DNA from: Oscillospiraceae bacterium
Lineage (GTDB): Bacteria; Bacillota; Clostridia; Oscillospirales; Ruminococcaceae
Direction of reading: 5' to 3'
Length of the DNA stretch: 64,000 bases
NCBI GenBank assembly: GCA_022788225.1
Contig: JALEVO010000159.1
Location: 54,428-118,427, forward strand
The position numbers were made by a program, and so were the translations under genes. Under the pieces are notes generated by a model, which worked only from the letters and a program-made list of their open reading frames with translations, was not told the origin of the DNA and did not search any database. This document shows positions 59,247-64,000 of this stretch, in pieces. Position 1 is the stretch's first letter. Every line of letters starts with the position of its first letter.

Positions 59247-60050
59247 CTACTCGATGTACTCACCGATTTTTCTAAACTTAGTGTACCTTGCTTCAAGCAA
59301 AATGTCAATATCTTTTTGCAAATTTTCTCTTATAGTATCTGACAAAAATTCTTTAATATTTTCTGCAATTTTATCTAAATCGTAGTGAGCACTGCCATTC
59401 GGTTCTTCAATGATTGCCTCTGCGACACCCATTTTCAGCATATCCTCGGCAGTTATCCTGAGAATTTCGCAGGCTTCCTTTTCCCTGCCGGCATCCTTCC
59501 AGAGTATGCTTGCACAACCTCTCGGTGAAATTACCGAGTAAAGGGCATTCTCCAGCATAGCCAGCCTGTCGCACACGCCAAGAGCCAGCGCACCGCCGCT
59601 GCCGCCCTCGCCCAGTACAACAGAAGTAACAGGAGTTCTAAGACGCATAAATTCCATAATGTTTTTGGCAATAGCCTCGCCCTGTCCTCTTTCCTCAGCT
59701 TCAACGCCGCAGAATGCGCCGGGAGTGTCGATAAAGCAGATAACCGGTCTGTGGAACTTTTCAGCCTGCTTTGCAAGTCTTAATGCCTTTCTGTAACCCT
59801 CGGGGTGGGGCATTGCAAAATTGGTTTTCTTGTTCTCGTTGAGATTTCTGCCCTTGACCTCGGCTATAACCGTTACCGGAATGCCGTCCAGACTTGTAAC
59901 ACCGCCCAGTATCGCAGCATCATCACCGTAATACCTGTCACCGTGCATTTCATAAAACCTGTCGAAAATAAGCGGGATATAGTCGTTTATTGTGGGACGG
60001 TTCTTGTCACGCAGTATCTCCTGTCTTTCCCACGGAGTTTTTGTGTTCAT
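59247..60050 (-). CDS. accA: Acetyl-CoA carboxylase carboxyltransferase alpha
   Basis: HGDRYYGDD, PHPEGYRKALR, IDTPGA, GEGGSGGAL, YSVISP. Confidence 0.95.
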   Translation of the reverse strand: MNTKTPWERQEILRDKNRPTINDYIPLIFDRFYEMHGDRYYGDDAAILGGVTSLDGIPVTVIAEVKGRNLNENKKTNFAMPHPEGYRKALRLAKQAEKFHRPVICFIDTPGAFCGVEAEERGQGEAIAKNIMEFMRLRTPVTSVVLGEGGSGGALALGVCDRLAMLENALYSVISPRGCASILWKDAGREKEACEILRITAEDMLKMGVAEAIIEEPNGSAHYDLDKIAENIKEFLSDTIRENLQKDIDILLEARYTKFRKIGEYIE

Positions 60051-60051
60051 A

Positions 60052-60936
60052 TCAGTGTCCCTCCATTTCAGGCAGATAGCCGTGCAGCTTCATAATATGG
60101 GAAAGTACGCTCCTCATTTTCCGCCTTTCAACTATCATGTCGATAAATCCCTTTTCAAGCAGAAATTCCGCCAGCTGGAAATCGTCGGGGAGTCTTTGCT
60201 TTATAGTACCCTCGATAACACGTCTGCCGGCAAATCCCACAAGGGCTTTCGGCTCTGCGATTATAATGTCGCCTAAAGACGCAAAGGAGGCTGTGACACC
60301 GCCTGTTGTCGGGTCTGTCAGGACTGTTATATAAAGCTGTCCTGCATCGTCATGCCTTGAAACTGCGCCGGAGGTCTTAGCCATCTGCATAAGAGAAATG
60401 ATACCCTCCTGCATTCTTGCACCGCCGGAGGCTGTAAACAGTATCACTGGCATTTTATTTTTTGTGGCATGCTCAAAGGCTCTTGTCAGCTTTTCACCCA
60501 CAACACTGCCCATTGACGCCATCATGAATCTTGAATCCATAATGCCGATTACAACAGGAATATTCCTTATTTTGGCCTCGCCGGTAATAACAGCGTCGTT
60601 AAGACCTGTACTTTCACGCAGCTGCTGCTGTTTTTCCTCATAACCGGGGAAATCAATAGGATTTTTGCTCTTCATGTCAGCGTCGATTTCCCTGAACGAA
60701 TCCTTGTCAACAGTTATTTTAAGACGCTCCTGTGCGGTAAGCCTTGCATGGTAGTTACACGCCGGACAAACCATGTTCATAGCCTTTATTTCATCCTCGA
60801 AAACCACATTGCGGCATCTCGGACACTTAAAAAGCAGGTCGTCAGGAATACTGTTGTTTTCTGCGGCAGACTTTGTTTCAGTTTTCTCGCTGCCGTTGAA
60901 TCTTGTTGTAACGACCTTGAAAAGATCCTCTAACAT
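60052..60936 (-). CDS. accD: Acetyl-CoA carboxylase carboxyltransferase beta
   Basis: KCPRC..CPAC Zn finger, MASMGSVVGEK, SGGARMQEG, PTTGGVTAS, FAGRRVIE. Confidence 0.95.
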   Translation of the reverse strand: MLEDLFKVVTTRFNGSEKTETKSAAENNSIPDDLLFKCPRCRNVVFEDEIKAMNMVCPACNYHARLTAQERLKITVDKDSFREIDADMKSKNPIDFPGYEEKQQQLRESTGLNDAVITGEAKIRNIPVVIGIMDSRFMMASMGSVVGEKLTRAFEHATKNKMPVILFTASGGARMQEGIISLMQMAKTSGAVSRHDDAGQLYITVLTDPTTGGVTASFASLGDIIIAEPKALVGFAGRRVIEGTIKQRLPDDFQLAEFLLEKGFIDMIVERRKMRSVLSHIMKLHGYLPEMEGH

Positions 60937-60954
60937 TTTTTATCCGCCGCCTTT

Positions 60955-62301
60955 CTATTCATCAAATTTAAATGTATCAAGAAAACGGTTGCTGTATTCG
61001 CCGCTTTCAAAAGCATCGCACTTTATAAGCGCAAGCTGGAAGTCTATGTTTGTGTCAATTCCCTCAACGATAAATTCTGACAATGCCCATCTCATTTTCA
61101 TTATAGCCTCTTCCCTTGTGGGAGCATAGACGATAAGCTTTGCTATCATTGAATCGTAGTACGGGGAAATTGTATAACCCTGATATGCCGCTGAATCTAT
61201 TCTTATTCCGGGACCGCCGGGAGTATGCAGAGCAATTATCTTTCCCGGTGACGGACGGAAGTTAAGCTTCGGATTTTCAGCGTTTATACGGCACTCAATT
61301 GCGTGGCCCTTAATCTGTATATCCTCCTGTGTGTAATCAAGAGGAAGTCCGGCAGCAATTTTTATCTGTGCCTTTACAAGGTCAACGCCTGTTACAAATT
61401 CAGTAACGGGGTGTTCAACCTGTATTCTCGTATTCATTTCCATGAAATAGAAGTCTTTGCCGTTTTCCACAAGAAATTCTATCGTACCTGCATTGTAGTA
61501 GCCGCACACCTTTGCCGCCTTTACCGCAGCCTCGCCCATTTTCGCTCTCAGTTCATCTGTCATGACAGGGCTTGGGCTTTCCTCCAGAACTTTCTGGTTT
61601 CTGCGCTGCATACTGCAGTCACGCTCGCCTAAATGTATAACATTTCCCTGCTTGTCGGCAAGAATCTGTATTTCAACGTGTCTTGGATTTTTTACAAAGC
61701 GTTCCATATAAACGGCGTCGTCTCCGAAAAAGCTTTTAGCCTCGGACTGTGCCGCTGTAATCTGCGCCGCAAGCTGATCCATGGACTCAACCATGCGTAT
61801 TCCTCTTCCTCCTCCGCCGGCTGACGCCTTTACAAGCAGAGGGAAGCCGATTTTTTCAGCCGCCTTTTGCGCCTCCTCAACGGTTCTCACAGCGCCGTCT
61901 GAACCCGGTATAACGGGTACTCCGGCTTTTTTCATGGACTCCTTGGCGTTTGCCTTGTCACCCAGCATTTCAATAGATTCCGGAGAAGGTCCTATAAATT
62001 CAATATTGCATTTTCTGCACATTCTTGCAAATGCCGCATTTTCAGAAAGAAAACCAAAACCCGGGTGAACAGCGTCACAGCCTGTAATCTCACAGGCGGC
62101 AATGATAGCCTTCATGTTGAGATAGCTGTCCTTTGTATCGGCAGGACCTATGCACACCGCCTCGTCAGCTATCTGTGCATGAAGTGCGTTTCTGTCGGCA
62201 GTGGAATAAACTGCAACACAGCGTATTCCCAGTTCACGGCAGGCTCTTATTATCCTGACGGCAATTTCGCCACGGTTGGCAATCAGTACCTTTTTAAACA
62301 T
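60955..62301 (-). CDS. accC: Biotin carboxylase
   Basis: [50 protein letters not shown]. Confidence 0.97.
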   Translation of the reverse strand: MFKKVLIANRGEIAVRIIRACRELGIRCVAVYSTADRNALHAQIADEAVCIGPADTKDSYLNMKAIIAACEITGCDAVHPGFGFLSENAAFARMCRKCNIEFIGPSPESIEMLGDKANAKESMKKAGVPVIPGSDGAVRTVEEAQKAAEKIGFPLLVKASAGGGGRGIRMVESMDQLAAQITAAQSEAKSFFGDDAVYMERFVKNPRHVEIQILADKQGNVIHLGERDCSMQRRNQKVLEESPSPVMTDELRAKMGEAAVKAAKVCGYYNAGTIEFLVENGKDFYFMEMNTRIQVEHPVTEFVTGVDLVKAQIKIAAGLPLDYTQEDIQIKGHAIECRINAENPKLNFRPSPGKIIALHTPGGPGIRIDSAAYQGYTISPYYDSMIAKLIVYAPTREEAIMKMRWALSEFIVEGIDTNIDFQLALIKCDAFESGEYSNRFLDTFKFDE

Positions 62302-62317
62302 TTTTGTCGTTCACCTT

Positions 62318-62752
62318 TCACTTTATGGCAAATGTAATTTCCGCAGAAACTGCCTTTTGTCCGTCAACCGTCGCAACAGCCTTTCCTACGCCAACAGGGC
62401 CTTTTACCTTGATAATCTCCACTTCAAGTCTTAAAGTATCCCCCGGAACTACCTGTCTTTTGAACTTTGCCTTGTCGATTCCGGCGAAAAGTCCCAGCTT
62501 GCCCTTGTTTTCCGGTAGTACCAGCATTGCAACACAGCCAGCCTGTGCAAGCATTTCAATCATCAGAACACCAGGTGTTACAGGATATTCCGGAAAGTGT
62601 CCCTTAAACCAGAAGTCCTCTTCCTTAATATATTTTGTTGCGACTGCCCTTTTGCCCGGTTCAATCTCGTTTATCTCGTCGATTAACAGAAAAGGGTCAC
62701 GGTGGGGAATGATTTCCATTATCTGCTCTTTATTGTAAACAACTTCAGCCAT
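62318..62752 (-). CDS. fabZ: 3-hydroxyacyl-ACP dehydratase
   Basis: [27 protein letters not shown]. Confidence 0.96.
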   Translation of the reverse strand: MAEVVYNKEQIMEIIPHRDPFLLIDEINEIEPGKRAVATKYIKEEDFWFKGHFPEYPVTPGVLMIEMLAQAGCVAMLVLPENKGKLGLFAGIDKAKFKRQVVPGDTLRLEVEIIKVKGPVGVGKAVATVDGQKAVSAEITFAIK

Positions 62753-62763
62753 TTTTATCCCCC

Positions 62764-63258
62764 TTAACCTATAATCATTACCGGCTGGTCAAATTCAACA
62801 GCCGTACCGTCTGAAACCAGTATTTTCTTTACAACGCCGTCAAATTCGCTCTGAACCTCATTCATAAGCTTCATTGACTCGATTATCATAAGTACGTCGC
62901 CTTTTTTGACTGTACTGCCCACTTCCACAAACGGAGCTTTGTCCGGACCCGGCTTTGAATAGTATGTGCCGACAATAGGCGCTTTAACAACGTTTCCGCT
63001 GATTTTTTCTTCTGCCGGTTCATTTGTCTGTACTTCTGCCGCAGCAACTGCAACAGCGGCTGACGGAGCAGCAGCTGCAACTCCGACAGGCGGCATCATA
63101 GGCACAGGCGGAGGAGGCATCTTGTTTTCCTTTTCGATAACCACCTCGCAGTCGCCGTTTTTAATCTTTATCTTTGAAAGCTTGCCGTTTTCAACCTTGT
63201 CAGCAAGCTTGTTTATCTCGTCAAAGGTGAGATTACACGCAATCATGTTTTCGCTCAT
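62764..63258 (-). CDS. accB: Biotin carboxyl carrier protein
   Basis: [19 protein letters not shown] biotinylation motif. Confidence 0.95.
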   Translation of the reverse strand: MSENMIACNLTFDEINKLADKVENGKLSKIKIKNGDCEVVIEKENKMPPPPVPMMPPVGVAAAAPSAAVAVAAAEVQTNEPAEEKISGNVVKAPIVGTYYSKPGPDKAPFVEVGSTVKKGDVLMIIESMKLMNEVQSEFDGVVKKILVSDGTAVEFDQPVMIIG

Positions 63259-63269
63259 AGTCGTTCTCC

Positions 63270-64000
63270 TTAATCAGTAACCTTTTTCATACAGATAGTC
63301 GCATTGTGTCCGCCGAAGCCAAGAGAGTTTGAAAGTGCCGCATTAACAGGCATTTCAACGTTGCTCTCAACACAGTAATCAAGGTCGCATTCCTCGTCGG
63401 GAGTTTTATAGCCTATGGTCTTGTGAATGAAGTCATTCTTTACGCTAAGTGCTGTAACAACCGCTTCAACACCGCCTGCCGCACCTAAAAGGTGTCCTAT
63501 CATGGACTTTGTGGAGTTTATCTTCACTGTCTTTGCGGCGTCACCCAGTGCTTTCTTTATTGCGATTGTTTCATACTTGTCATTAAGACCTGTTGATGTA
63601 CCGTGTGCATTAATATATGTTACTTCTTCCGGTTTAAGACCAGCTTCTGTGTATGCATTTCTCATTGCGGCAGCTGCGCCCTCGCCCTCCGGGTCAGGAG
63701 AAGTGATGTGATATGCGTCACAGGTTGCGCCGTATCCGGCAAGCTCTGCGTAAATTTCAGCACCTCTTGCCTTTGCGTGTTCATACTCTTCAAGCACCAG
63801 CATACCGCAGCCCTCGCCCAGTACAAAGCCGTTTCTTTCCTTGTCAAAAGGAATTGACGCTCTTTCAGGGTCTTCTGTCTTGGACAGCGCTTTCATATTG
63901 TTAAAGCCTGCAAGGGTAAACTGCAAAACTGTTGATTCAGTACCGCCGCAGAGTGCCACATCAAGATAGCCGTCCTTTATCTTTCTGAAGGACTCGCCGA
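63270..64000 (-). CDS. fabF: Beta-ketoacyl-ACP synthase II, 5' part beyond window
   Basis: PFDKERNGFVLGEG, YINAHGTST, KSMIGHLLGAAG, NSLGFGGHN; frame open to the window edge (..IGESFRKIKDGYLDVALCGG). Confidence 0.95.
   Translation of the reverse strand, partial: GESFRKIKDGYLDVALCGGTESTVLQFTLAGFNNMKALSKTEDPERASIPFDKERNGFVLGEGCGMLVLEEYEHAKARGAEIYAELAGYGATCDAYHITSPDPEGEGAAAAMRNAYTEAGLKPEEVTYINAHGTSTGLNDKYETIAIKKALGDAAKTVKINSTKSMIGHLLGAAGGVEAVVTALSVKNDFIHKTIGYKTPDEECDLDYCVESNVEMPVNAALSNSLGFGGHNATICMKKVTD

Overview
The window comes from a spore-forming, cohesin/dockerin-using Ruminococcus-like (Oscillospiraceae) chromosome. This is inferred from spoIIR, spoVS, gpr, type-I-like dockerins and xxxTGDAG sortase tails; no database was consulted. 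Housekeeping content: a GH94 phosphorylase (cut by the left edge), a GH2, an ilvBN-ilvC-ilvD-leuCD-leuB-AAA-ilvA-ridA cluster, nrdR, rpsT, mfd, pth, glmU, ppdK, typA, tRNA-Pro/Thr/Tyr, an ECF sigma/anti-sigma pair, feoB and the fabF-accB-fabZ-accC-accD-accA-acpP cluster (cut by the right edge). No integrase, transposase, CRISPR array or prophage is visible. The most notable signals are six. (1) A family of five ~450-520 bp intergenic elements with terminal inverted repeats and structure-preserving substitutions; two copies flank feoB as direct repeats, and three further palindromic repeat families are also present. (2) An operon coupling a single-cohesin/dockerin adaptor to a GH24 muramidase-SH3-SH3-Ig-dockerin enzyme, with a second adaptor of a different dockerin class nearby. 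(3) A dockerin gene followed in-frame, behind two TAA codons, by a relic sortase anchor, next to a paralogue that keeps an intact anchor. (4) An Ile-specifier T-box with a non-canonical bulge and no terminator before ilvA. (5) An attenuator-like ilvB leader with Leu-Leu-Leu codons but no canonical start codon. (6) Two neighbouring genes (an M48 peptidase and a hypothetical) each broken by a single missing base.
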